Assembly: GCA_013265495.1 (NCBI GenBank)
Contig: MU058153.1
Location: forward strand, 684,001 to 748,000
DNA from: Vicugna vicugna
Lineage: Eukaryota
DNA: 64,000 nt
Direction of reading: 5' to 3'
Part shown: one piece after another, positions 48,826 to 60,375 of the stretch
Numbering within the stretch: position 1 is the stretch's first letter
Layout of the letters: every line of letters begins with the position of its first letter
Notes under the pieces: generated by a model
Told to the model about the DNA's origin: nothing
The model's input: only the letters and a program-made list of their open reading frames with translations
Databases searched by the model: none
Position numbers and translations under genes: made by a program

Positions 48826-49770
48826 ATATAAGCATGTTTTCCATAGTCTGCCAAGAAATCACAGAATCATAATGGGCTGATGTCTGTCCATTGGGGCCAC
48901 TGTCTTAGCCACTGAACCACCTGATTTGCATTTTTAATAGGTAATGCGTTTCTAGTGTGTACAGTCATAGTTGAGAAATAATCTCCTGTTGATTAGCCAG
49001 TCAAATTACTTGAGTCACCTCTCCAGATCCCATTCAGTACATAATTAGTGTTTATTTCAATTTTGCTATTCATTATGCAAATTCATTGCAGGCGTGCTTC
49101 ACCACTGAGTATGTGGCTCACGATTTTTTTATTGGGGGTCATTGAGATGAAAGATGGGCAGGTAGAGGGGAGCTTCTGCTTAGTTTAATTTGGTGACACT
49201 ATTCTGTATTTTGGGCAAAGCATCAGTACCACCACATTAGTTTTATTATTACTGTTAATTAGATGTGAGTGTCAGAAAAGTTTCCAGTTGTGGAGTTGAT
49301 TAAGTGATGATGCCTTTCCCCGCAGATTGATTTGTTTGGGCCAGACTGGCCAAAGTATGGAGTCAACACACCCCGGGGAGGAGTGGTATGAATTAAGCGG
49401 TAGAGTAAATGTTTTCCATTTCCTGCTACATTATTTGATAATGAGATGTGCAGCTCTGCTGGAGCTGGAGGCAGCCTGTGTTTCTCTCTGGAAAGGAGTG
49501 AGATGTTCAGATGCATCAGCGCAGCCACTGTCCAAAAGGGAAAGCACCGTGAGCAGCTACCACCTGCTCAGAGGAATCAGCAGAAAAGTCAACCTTCTGT
49601 GTTGGGTTGCAGTGCTGGGAAAGGGTTTTGCTCTTGACCCCAGCATGTCAATGACTTTGTGCACTTGGCTATTTGAAAGACCTAGTAAAGTGTTGGGAGA
49701 CATAAAGTGACCTTGCTATGGATGTGTTTTAGTTACATATTTTCTTCCAGAGGAAAAAAAAATGTGTATC

Positions 49771-49814
<44 letters not shown>
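49771..49814. repeat. (ATCT)11 tetranucleotide microsatellite
   Basis: Directly visible perfect array. Confidence 0.97.
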
Positions 49815-49815
<1 letters not shown>

Positions 49816-49875
49816 CCTACCAAAGCAAAATGTACCTCACTGGATTTCTTGCATCTATTACATAGTGATAAAAGC

Positions 49876-50070
49876 CATGGCATTGTAGTAAAATATACCA
49901 GCCTCTGAATCCAGGGTTTGTTACAACAAGCAACTGATAAACTTGGGGCATGACACTTAACCATGCTATGCTTCAGTTTCCCTTGGGGTTGGGGTATGGG
50001 TAATACTGGGCTTCATGTAGCATTGTTAGGGATGAATTGCAACCGTGTCTGTTAGACACCTAGCCTGAGG
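49876..50070 (+). mobile_element. MIR SINE remnant
   Basis: catggcattgtagtaaaa...acttggggcatgacacttaaccatgctatgcttcagtttcc...ttgttagggatgaat. Confidence 0.65.
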
Positions 50071-50124
50071 GAAGCGCCATGCACATGCTTGTTTGCCCTC
50101 ATTTCTCTAACATAGCGTGGACCC

Positions 50125-50440
50125 ATATTCAATCAACTCAACTTGACAGACATTTATTGCCTCCCAGAACTGTGGCAGATTCTAGGAAAACAGTACCGGA
50201 TAAGACAGACACGACCCCAGTCCTGTTTGACTCACAAATTATTACAAAGGCACAAAGACAAAAGGGAAATATACTGGGTGAGGATATAGCAAGGGAACTG
50301 AGAGCTCAGTGGTCAGGGATAGCCTCCTTGAAGGATTTTTCAATCTGGGATGTGAAGCCTGAGTAGGGGAGTCAGCCAAGAGAAGGAAGGGTAGGGCTCA
50401 GAAAAGAGAGTGTTTCTAGTTTCTAGCAGAAGGCACACAT
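50125..50440 (-). mobile_element. L2 3' remnant
   Basis: ttcaatcaactcaacttgacagacatttattg...ttctaggaaaacagtaccggataagacagacacgaccccagtcct...gtggtcagggatagcctccttga. Confidence 0.7.
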
Positions 50441-50749
50441 TATGGGCACCTTTGAGTAAGTGAATTTATTGAAAATAAAAATCTAATTATTTTATGGAAG
50501 CATACTCACCCACCAAAAACAATCCCATGTGCATTGTGTTGGACACTAAAGCATGAAGTTTGAAGGCATGATTACAGGTGAGTCTGCAGCCAGGGAATGT
50601 AAGTAGCAATATTTGCATGGTTCATAAACTAAATCTGTTCACCACACACTTGCTCACACTCAGGAACAGTGATAGAATCTACTCTAGGGACTGAGGGAAA
50701 TACAGTTAAACGTGTGTGACTTCACCATCAGGCTTTGAGAACCAAATAG

Positions 50750-50958
50750 ATTCACTGCATGCCTTCTGTGTTCCAGGTTATGTGCTAAACACTTTACATC
50801 TCATTTCGCTCCATGAGGTAAAGGCTGTTATTTTGCTGATTTGGGGATAAATAAATGAGCCATTAAAGTCCATTTTATCATCAGTTGTCCAAGGTGACAA
50901 AGCTAGAACACAGCAAGAGAGACTTTGGGAACTTCATCGTTAGCCATTAAGCTATACC
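50750..50958 (-). mobile_element. MIR SINE remnant
   Basis: tgtgttccaggttatgtgctaaacactttacatctcattt...ccatgaggta...ttgtccaaggtgacaaagctag. Confidence 0.75.
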
Positions 50959-51094
50959 AAACCACCAGACACCCATTCTCCTACAAGTTTGAGCCAAACT
51001 GAGCTGGACTAAATACGGCAGGAAGAGAAGGAAGAGCATTTGGTTTCCATGGAAATTCCGAGTGACCCGTGGGGAGGAGCCTGGGCCCTGGAGC

Positions 51095-51262
51095 GAGGAA
51101 TTCAGAAGCTGTGTGGCATGGTACAAGTTACTGAAACTCTCTGAGCCTCAGGTTCTTCTGAAGTGGCAATATTAATAATTTTTACCCTCATCTGTAGGTT
51201 ATGAGAATAAAATACGATATTGTAACAAGCTGGGGGCATTACTTGGCACAGAGGAAATGTCA
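51095..51262 (+). mobile_element. MIR SINE remnant
   Basis: agctgtgtggcatggtacaagttactgaaactctctgagcctcagg...ttatgagaataaaatacgatattgta...cttggcacagag. Confidence 0.8.
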
Positions 51263-51371
51263 CTTTCCATATCTACACAACCACCGGAGTTCTCTGAGAC
51301 AAGACCGTGAGCTCCTCCACGGAGCAGCATCCCTGAATCAGTACTAAAATTATGGGAATGGTCGAGGGGGT

Positions 51372-51835
51372 TGGAGCGGGTGGAAACTTTTCCTTCATCC
51401 CTTCCTGGTTTTGTGGCTGGCCTAATAATTAAATTGACGTAAGGCAGATTGACAAAAGAAAAAAAATTATTTCAGATACACAGAAGCTCCTAGAAGTATG
51501 AGACTCAAAGAGTGACCAAAGCCGGCAGTTCTTCTACCTTGTAGATAAATAAACCATAGATTTCTGAGGAATTGACAAGACAAAGAAGTTTGGGCTTGGA
51601 GGAGTCAATTAGTAAAGAAGGTTTGTCTATACAGCCTTCTCAGACCTGACTTCCCTCTCTCTTCCTGGTGCAGAGAGAGCACCTTTTCACATGGGAGATT
51701 GATTTTTTTCTTTTCAAAGGGACAGAGGAGGGTCAGAGTGGCCTTCTGGTACCAAAGGCTTCTTAAGTAAATTTTTTTAAATTAATCAATATGCCAAAGT
51801 GGCATATTTGGGGCAACCTGCCCTGAACCCTATCA
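51372..51835 (-). mobile_element. ERV1-class solo LTR (MER34/MER31-related laurasiatherian type)
   Basis: Minus strand starts TGATAGGGTTCAGGGCAGGTTGCCCCAAATATGCCACTTTGGCATATTGATTA, with the hallmark hairpin at 51788-51808; TG...CA ends; candidate 4-bp TSD gggt/gagt. Confidence 0.8.
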
Positions 51836-53659
51836 GAGTTCAGTAAATAATATCCCTCTTTTGTGCCTAAGGTCTGGACTAATTGAGAAGTAAGTCAAAA
51901 GTAAGAGAAGATACTAAGGCATAGGGAACAATAAAATTACGTCTTTCTTGGTCGTAAAGACAAGAAGGACATCTTGGTGGTGTGTCTCCTAACAGATCTT
52001 AGTCTGAAAGTGAAAGGCAGTACCAGCTGAAGCCCGTGTTGGACAGACTTGCTGTCCAGCCACAGACGGTGCTGGACGGTGAGGACCTGCAGCGCGGAGG
52101 GGAGGCAGCGGGCGCCTTCTCCCTGGGCCCCCACGTTGGAAGGGAAAGGACCACATATTTTATTCCTCCTTAGTCTAACGATCGTATGTCTCCTACCTCA
52201 CAAGAGGCAGAGTGAACAAAGTGGGTGAAGTGAAGCTGAGGATATTGCCTTGGCTTTCTGTTCAGTGGCACCAGGAGTGGGGCTTCAGTGTCCCCTTGGT
52301 GAGACCACCACTGGTGAGACCCATGAAGCCTCCTACGCTGAGACTTGAACGACCGAGCAGATTCCTCACCAGCAGGTCAGGGCTCTGGTGTGGAAACAGG
52401 AGTGTTGGGACTTCACACCCCTTTTCCTGCCCCTTGTCCTGGCATCCGGCTGACCCCCTAACGAGGGACATCTGTGGCGGTGGCACTCAGAGTCTCAGTT
52501 CCGGGAAGAACACAAGTCAGCCCCGGGAGAAGACCCTCGCCTCAAGCCCAGTTATCCTGAGTGCCTTCCTGCTGAGACTTTCGGTCCCAGGCTGGCCCAC
52601 CAGCTGTGTGTTTGGTTCTTGATCTGCCCTGTGGTCCCTGTCACCCTGTCCCTCTGACCTCAGATTCAAGTCCCTTACATGGTAGCTAGAGGCATAGGCA
52701 TTCTACACTGGGTGTCCCCCTTCCCTGCAGGAAAGTTTTCCTAACTAAAGGGGGAGCTGTGAGCTGATGGGCTGCCCCATGCTGGGGACAGGGAGTGGGC
52801 AGATCCCACACAAACCACACAGGAGGCGTCAGGTACATGCAGTGTCTGATCAAAGCTCTGGCTGACGGTGACACGAGGGTCAGCAGTCAGTAGAAGTGGG
52901 TGTGGGGACAAAGGACTGATCCTAGCCTGGTGTCCTCTCACACTTAACAGGGTGAAAGGTGGGGTTTGATGTTAATTAGGTCTCTGACACTCAGGCAGCC
53001 CTATTGGGTTGAAAAAGTAGGCCAACGTTATTACTCTAAATTAGCAATTCCCTCTGCAAAGCGGAAAGACACTGGTTATTTTCTCTTACATGCGCATAAG
53101 ATGTACCGTATTCCACTCAACACAGCTAGCAATGCAATGCAAAAGCAGGTTGTGACAGAGCATTTCAAAAAAGTTAAACTCCCACCGTCAGCATTTTTCA
53201 TAGGGTACCTCAATGTTCATGGCCGTGATTTTAACTAAAAGGTATCTTACACCTGTTGGTTTCAGTGAGCTGCCTGTAGAAATGTTGTGTAGGCAGAAGT
53301 ATTTAATATTACTGTACATTCAAGAGTAGATAAGGATCTTATTATGCATCTGGATTTAACAGTATGCCATTCAGAGAATCTTAGGTAACATATGGGTGAG
53401 GATGAGCAGTATAACATTTTTCAAAGTTCTGCTAGTACCCTGTTCTGTAAGTTGTAACAATGCCTCGGAAAACAAACAAAAAGGAGCAGGAGGCAGTCCC
53501 TGATTACATCAGTTCAGCTAATTTCTCCGCTGTATGATTTCTCACAGTCTTTCTTATGTTAACGTTTCAGCATTAAGTTTAATACAACATTATGAAACAT
53601 GTGGTATGGTTTTGCTCCACAGGACTGCTGCTTCATTTAGGTGACCTATAGCCCATACA

Positions 53660-54158
53660 TATGTTTAAAACTAAAGTCATCATTTCTTCCCACTCCTTGC
53701 AAGCCCGTTCGAGGATGCTTTTATTCCCTGCATCTTAATTAATGGAAGTAGCAAGTAGGTGTTTGGTAAGGATAACACCTGAGTCACCTTCATCTCAGCT
53801 TTCTGCCTTCTCTCTCCAGTCCATTAGTTTGGCCACCATATTGTATTGATTCTTCTTCAAAAAGGAAACTGAACTTTGTTTTTTTTTTTTTTATTACTGT
53901 GCCCTTTCCTTTCGTTCATGCCCTTAATATCTCTCTTCTCTGCTAGAACTTCCTTCTCCGTGTTCCCGTAACAATTTATACAAGCTTCTATTATAGCTCT
54001 TAAAAAATTTCAGGATAGGCATTGAATGTCCGTATTCCCAGCAAGACAGTGAATTCTGAGAGGGAAAAATACCATGTATGTTTATTATTTTTTATTCTTA
54101 CCATAGAGCCAGCCACCCGCGCCACACTCAGTAAGTTCAGTTAAACTGATGAATAAAG
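53660..54158 (+). mobile_element. L2 remnants (internal and 3' end)
   Basis: aacacctgagtcaccttcatctc...ccaccatattgtattgattcttcttcaaaa and agacagtgaattctgagagggaa...cactcagtaagttcagttaaactgatgaat. Confidence 0.65.
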
Positions 54159-54339
54159 ACCGGCATCCCATTCACATCTTTTCAAGCCTTTTAACACCAA
54201 CTGGAGAAAAGTGAGTGAATCCTCATTAGGATGTGTGGCCGCAGTTCATCGGATCAGCAACTCACAGGGAGAACAGAAATTTGTAGTTCAAATTTTTAGC
54301 ATTTTAATTCAAATGCTAAAAATGTTGAATAAATGGATA

Positions 54340-54660
54340 AAAATCTATATTGGGAAAATGTATACAAAAATCTTTGCTGTATTTTGTATTTTAGTTCATA
54401 TTTTGATGAATGCGATTATAAACGTCTTACCACAGAAGTACAGAGAGTGAAATTTGAAAGTTCTGGTCATACCTTAATGAAAAGAGAAAATTTGAGAAAA
54501 TAGAGACACAGGATGATTCTATTTATATAAAACAAAAGTGTGCACACTCACAGAGACATGCATGGAAAGGAAAAGGACTAGGAAAGTCCATGAAAAGTGG
54601 TTCCATCCAGGTAGAGGAAGGGAATGGGGAGGGTAAGGGAGGCAGTGAAAACAGACTTCA
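54340..54660 (+). mobile_element. Old L1ME-type 3' fragment
   Basis: atgattctatttatataaaa...gcatggaaaggaaaaggactaggaaag...agtggttccatccaggtagaggaagggaatgggg. Confidence 0.5.
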
Positions 54661-55239
54661 GAGTCAAACTTCTCTTCTCTCTAGATTTTTCTCTGACCTT
54701 TATCACCCTGAAACAATAGCTTTGTTCTCTTTTTCAACTACCTAATTTGCTTATCAGCCTTGTCTGTTATGCCATCCAGCCCAGTTCTATGAAAGCCTGC
54801 TCTTCTGTGGATATGATCAGTTTCTTCAGGATCTGAGAGCATAACTTTAGCTCTTTCCCAATTGTCGGTTTGCTCTCTGAGGTCTGTGGTCTTGCAGATC
54901 TTATTTCTCCTGTGCATTGAATTTGATCATTTTCCTGGTGTTGTTTTTCAAAGGTCTGGGCATTCCACATTACCTCCTCATCTTTAGACTGGAAAGCAAC
55001 TGCTCTCTGATGCCGCGATGACCTGATTTGCCTTTGACAGTGCGTGATGGCCTGAATGAGGGAGGGGAGAAGGAAGGAGAGCATTGGTTCTGCACGTGGA
55101 GCTCCCTTTTTATTCATTTTTCCTTCTCCTCCCACACCCGCTGCTTTATCCAGGGGCAAAGATGTCAGCTGCCCTTTCTTTGTATACATTTCGGAAAGAC
55201 CTCAAAATTCCTAAGGAACCGTCCTGGTTTCTAAATGAT

Positions 55240-55482
55240 GAAGCGTAGCCTGAGAGCTAAAAGTGTGAGTTTTGGAATCGGCCTGCCAGGGAGAGAATCC
55301 TAGTTCAGCTGCATCAACGTGAGCAAGTTACCAATTGTTTTTTCAGTGCCTCAGCTTCCTTACCTGTAAAATGGGGGGAAAGTAATAATATCCTTCTCAG
55401 AGACTTGTTATGGGATAAATGTGTTAACTCATGTAAACAGCACCTGGCACACAGCAACCACCCACAAAAGGCGTGGTGTTGT
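55240..55482 (+). mobile_element. MIR SINE
   Basis: ttttggaatcggcctgccagggagagaatcctagttc...gagcaagttac...cagtgcctcagcttccttacctgtaaaatgggg...cagcacctggcacacag. Confidence 0.9.
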
Positions 55483-55954
55483 CATTCCAATCCTCTTAAG
55501 ACAAAAACAAACTTACAACAACAACAATAACAACAACAAAACCCTCTTTTTTTATTTGAAGAGATTTTAGAATTGAGCTTACTTGCCTGGGCTCAGTCTA
55601 CCCACTTGGGGCAATTCTCTTTTAACGTTTTAAGTCTCATTTTCTGGATATAAAACAAAGCATGCATATTGAAAACATCATGTCAAAGCCCAGTTAGGAA
55701 ATGAATGAAGCCATGTGCTTGGTTTTCCTTCTGTTGAGATGATGATTTTGCCTGTCCTGTGCTTTGCAAGATATGTAAACTCTTGTTACAAGATTATAAG
55801 AGCCCAAACATAATTTTTTTTTTTTTGGTTACTTCTGCCAGTAGTGGCTTTAAGAAGAGCAAATCCTGCTTAGGAAGACATTGCATGGTTAGGTGCGGTC
55901 CTGGTGTGCAAGTATTTGTGTTTGGTATGGCTTTCCTTTGCTGTATCCATGCAG

Positions 55955-56450
55955 CCTTCATGGTCTGTCTCCTTTGTTTCTCTACTATCCTTTTATTCTG
56001 CAGTCCCCCTCTCTTCCTCCAGTTCAATCGCTCTAACTGATCTGTGAGCAGGTTGGCCATCCTTCCATTAAAAGGTCTTTGTTTTTGCTCTTCTCCTGAC
56101 TGGGAGCACACACCTCAGATATCTGCCTAGCTAATTACCTCGCCTCTTCCAAGCCTTGGCTCCAATCTCAGCCTGTCAATAAAGCTCATTCTGATTACCC
56201 TCTTTAACACAGCAACATCTGCCCTGAGCTCTCTCCATTTTCCTTGCCATACTTTTGCTTTTTTTAAAAAAAACTCTATCACCTTGCAACACATTAGGTA
56301 ATTCACTTATTTTTGTGTGTGTTTATTGTAATAAAAGCTACACAAATGGAAGATATTTGCTCTGTGTGCTGATGTCCTCCCAGTGCCTAAAACAGTGCCT
56401 GGCCCAAAGTAAGTGTTCACAAGGTGATTTTTGCAAGTGGTTGTATAAAT
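55955..56450 (+). mobile_element. L2 LINE 3' end
   Basis: cctcagatatctgcctagctaattacctcgcctcttccaag...ctgatgtcctcccagtgcctaaaacagtgcctggcccaaagtaagtgttc. Confidence 0.85.
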
Positions 56451-57859
56451 ATGTAGAATAGTGAGCAACTCACGAATGCCAGGTGTGAATATTTTTAACC
56501 TATTTGTGGAAAAAGATCATCAAAATGTTGACAGTGGTGACAGCTCTACCAGCTCATGGTGAAATATTAAAGAGACCGAGTCATTTTTGTTTATTTCTAA
56601 TGAGCAAAATATTTATCCCAGATCCAAGTATACTGGCAAGGAAATGAGTGACACATTGCAATTAAGGTGATAGTGCTGCCATTTGCAGTCAGTTTCAGGG
56701 GTCATGTTGGGTTATCATGTCCTCCCTCACCTTAAAAATGGCAGACCTTCCATCATACGATTGCAGCGATGCTGGGGCAGACATGCATGTGCTCCGTTCC
56801 TTCTATTCTGTGATCTCTTCTAACAAGTCTGTTTATTTTTGCTTTGCGTAGATGGATCCGTGGGTTTTACAAAGAGTCGATTCAGATCATTAAATCCTAC
56901 ACAAGGCTGAATAACAAAACAGAAAAATCTGTCCACAAAATGCTAAAATCCTTCCTCTGACTCAGAACCTTGCTTTTCTCAGTCTTTGAGTCATCACGTG
57001 GAAGATGGCTTTATTTGTTTAATTCCAGATTTATGGTGGCTCTTGCCTGAAATAAATGCATGCAAGGAGGAATAATTTATCGGGTGAGAAAGATCAGACT
57101 TTAATTTGCAAAGCCATAAAAAGCTTAAGTGGTTTTCACAACGTAGGAAGAAAGAGAGAGACAAAGAGAGAGAGATATTAGTTATATTCTATATATAATA
57201 TCCATAAGCAATTCCTAATATAAGAATAGCAAGAATAGGGAAAGGGGAGAGAGCGTTTCTGCAGAGGTCTGCTTTAGCTGCATGAGGAATGGCTATGTCC
57301 CATGGTACACTGCTCCAAAAGCTCTAAGCTGATAAGAACCCATCATTTGAGGATGGAGAGCAAGGAACTGCTTTTTAGGATTGCCATGGAGGGAGGCAGG
57401 GCAACATAAGCATCCCCAATATTTGAGTCAGGCAACCCCATCATTCTTCATCCTCCTCCTTTAATGCCACCACAAGTGAACTAAGTTAAAAAACAATATG
57501 CTTACTAGGCAATGAAGTGTCAAGATAAACGCCATCCCAATAAACATATAACATGTGTAAAATAGGTTCTTGATAAAGGAACTTCAGGTGGAATCTCCTG
57601 GCTTCCTTTCCAGGAAATCTGCTACTCCTGGGTTCAGGGTGAATAGAACTTCTGGGGCTACAACTGCCTGTGAAGTATACTTGAAGGTACATCCTGTGAA
57701 GGTATTGGTAGGGATCAAGCAAAGAATTCCCTCAAGCTGTGGTTGGCAGGAGTGGAAAGTCCCTAGGGTTTGCACTGCCCCAGAATCCAAGCTCAGGAAG
57801 AAGACAATGTTAGTTTATTTGCAACACGGAGTCACCACATCAGAATCAGCTGTCTGGAC

Positions 57860-58081
57860 TGTCTAATCTTAACTTTCCTTCACCTGTATGTCAAATATCC
57901 TCCTCCTCTTCTAAAAGGACACTTGTGATGGTACTTAGGGACCAAGCAGCAATCCAAGATGACCTCACTTCAAGATCCTTAAATTAATCAACGTGCAAAG
58001 ACTCTTTCCAAATAAGGTAACATTTACAAGTTCCAAGGATTAGAACCTGCTATCTTTGGGGCCACCATTCACCCAACTCCA
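57860..58081 (-). mobile_element. ERVL-MaLR LTR fragment, MLT1C/D-like (5' part)
   Basis: aaggacacttgtgatggtacttaggg...caagatccttaaattaatcaacgtgcaaagactctttccaaataaggtaacatttacaagttccaaggattag...ttggggccaccattca. Confidence 0.85.
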
Positions 58082-58396
58082 GTGGGCAAAGAAGGAAACC
58101 CTAAGAGTACAGGATGAAGAGCCCATCACTGTGGTAGGCATGATGTTAGTGAGAGAGAAGAACTATTATGCCACAAACTACCATTTTTAGTAAATGATTT
58201 GATGATCATGGGGAGTATTTAAGCACAGTGCACTTCCTAGCCTAAGACAATCCTGTATTTGCTTCCTAGAAATGTATTTCTTATTTATTCCAAAGCCTGC
58301 ATAGATTCCACATTGTACTTCAAATCTGAGGTTACTCAGAGTTTTTTCTTCAATTAAGTGATGAAATCTTCCTGGTCTCTGCTATAAGCTTTTGAT

Positions 58397-58810
58397 CAAT
58401 CATTCACTCATAAATTTATTCAGTACACATTTATTGAATCAACAATGCAAGCCATGTACTATATTCTAAGGATACAAAGATAAAAAAAAATTACTCAAAG
58501 AATATCCAGCTCAGTTGAGTGACGTATGCCCTCAATATCTAGCAAATGAGGAATATTCAGTGTGCTATGGCAGCTCTAAATTTGATGTAATTTAATAGTG
58601 CTCTTATGGAGATGACAGTTTTCATCAGGGTTTTGAAGGGTAGTGGAGTTTACAAGGCAGCATGGAGGAGCAGGAAATCCGGGCAGTTGGAACAGCATGA
58701 GAAACTTGTGAGTTACTAAGAATTATGGATTTGGGAATCTACAAGTAGCTTGATTCACCCAGAATGTAAAATGGGATTGGTAGTGGAAGATTAAGGTGAA
58801 GAGGCAGGCG
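58397..58810 (-). mobile_element. L2 3' remnant
   Basis: ttcagtacacatttattgaatc...ttctaaggatacaaagataaa...gtgctatggcagc...ccgggcagttggaacagcatg. Confidence 0.7.
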
Positions 58811-59439
58811 AGAGAGGCCTCTGAAAACCTTCCTCACTGTGGATAGGCATGAACCCTGAATAGCAGAAAATAAGGCGAACCTCACTCAGTCACCTCATTT
58901 TCCTGGTTGCCTGGTAGTGTGGATTGGATGACATTGCAGTCCCCCCACCCTTTCCCAGAAAGGAGACCAACACCTTTCAGATAAATGACCTTTCAAAGTC
59001 TACCTATTCTATACAGCCATCCTTTGACTTTGGTCACTCCCTTCTATATTTTGTACAATATTTTCTCTTTATGAACCATAATGACACTCCAGGCATTCCT
59101 TAGTTCGTTATTGGAATGTTAGATTATGGAAATTCCTTGAACTATCCTCTTTCATATTTGAAAATATTTAGTGGCGCAAATGGGTGGATTTTAGAGGTGA
59201 ATTACCCTGTGTACATTTTGTAGATAGCTTTTATAGCATTTTTCTATGCTAACTAGACCTGGGTTCATAAAATTGTACTTTCTCCTGTGGTGGCTGAAGA
59301 TATGACTAATGCCGCCCACTGCTCTGGGAGTTGAATTTCTTTCATTGCTCTGTGGGCCATCAGGCTATCAAGGACTTCAGAGAAAACAGGGATCGAAATT
59401 TGGATTTTGTAGGCTGGAAAAAGAGTCAGCATAAGAAAG

Positions 59440-60065
59440 CAGACTGCTGTGGGCTGTGATTTGATGTTAGGCTGGGTTTGAATCTGAGTTCTAACATTTG
59501 CTACCTCCGTGACTTTGGGGAAGCCACCGTATCTCTCTGAATATGAGTCCCTTATTTGTGAAACAACGCAGCCTGCACGATCAGCGGTGTGTATTCACGT
59601 TGGGGTGGGCGTTGTACAGGGAACCCACAAGGACGAGTGATCCCGACAGGCTTTTACTACCTGTGGACCTGGATAGTGAGTGAATGTAGTGATCATCTCA
59701 GTCTGAAATCAGAGAACTATATGGAAAGCTCCTCCTAGCTAGACCTGCCAAAGGACTCAGCCACCTGTGATCTTCGTAGAAAGGGAGCCAGGAACACAAA
59801 GACCTTGACCTTCTCTCTCCTCCTTCTGACATCCTGCCACCTTTCCATATTGTTTGAACCTAGTTCACAGCCAGAGGACAAAGGAGCTCACAGTCCACAC
59901 AAGTTCACTGATAAGAACGAGGAAGGATGGATAGAGTGACTATACCTGGGCAAACGGGCACTGTCCCCCACGTAGTGCTGCCTACTTCGTGGGAATCCAT
60001 GAGAACTGAAAGAGGTAATTCACGTGAAGCATTGTCCCCTCACCTTAATATGTTAGCCATTATTA
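59440..60065 (+). mobile_element. MIR SINE split into two halves (about 59440-59571 and 59971-60065) by an LTR insertion
   Basis: 5' half: ctgggtttgaatctgagttct...gtgactttggggaagc...ctctctga...cttatttgtgaaa. 3' half: tgcctacttcgtggg...cacgtgaagca...atgttagccattatt. Confidence 0.8.
59572..59970 (-). mobile_element. Ancient ERVL solo LTR (LTR41/LTR40-like) nested in the MIR
   Basis: ctctctcctccttctgacatcctgcc...tttgaacctagttcacagccagaggacaaaggagc; candidate 5-bp TSD cgcag/cgtag. Confidence 0.65.
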
Positions 60066-60264
60066 AAAATGTATGTCAGCCACAGCTTTCCTTTTCTTTC
60101 TACATTTTTGTTTAAATTTTTAGCTGTTAGCATGATTAGGACTTATTTAATGTTTAGATTACAGTTCTCTATCTGTGTAAGGGAGATCTGTGTATGAGAG
60201 ATCTTGGTCAGAGCCCAGAGCCCTAAGTATGATGTTCTTGTGGCAACTGTGAAATGGTTGTTTA

Positions 60265-60375
60265 CGGGATATGGAATGCAGACCGGAGGGACCTGGGTTC
60301 GAATTTGCAATTCCATCACTTCATGTGTAGGAGACCTTTGCAAATTGATTAACTTCCCCCAGCGCTCCCTTGTGA
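60265..60375 (+). mobile_element. MIR SINE 5' fragment
   Basis: gacctgggttcgaatttgcaattccatcactt...gagacctttgcaaattgattaacttc. Confidence 0.7.

Noticed and set aside
50750..51262. Closely spaced inverted MIR pair as a dsRNA substrate
   Set aside because: The copies are too diverged from each other for extended pairing, and there is no evidence of transcription.
52212..52622. 136-aa ORF with a PLVRPPLVRP repeat
   Set aside because: It has a GTG start, is open because the region is GC-richer, and the peptide repeat only reflects a 15-bp DNA duplication.
54767..55189. 140-aa minus-strand ORF
   Set aside because: No recognisable homology or splice structure; treated as a chance ORF.
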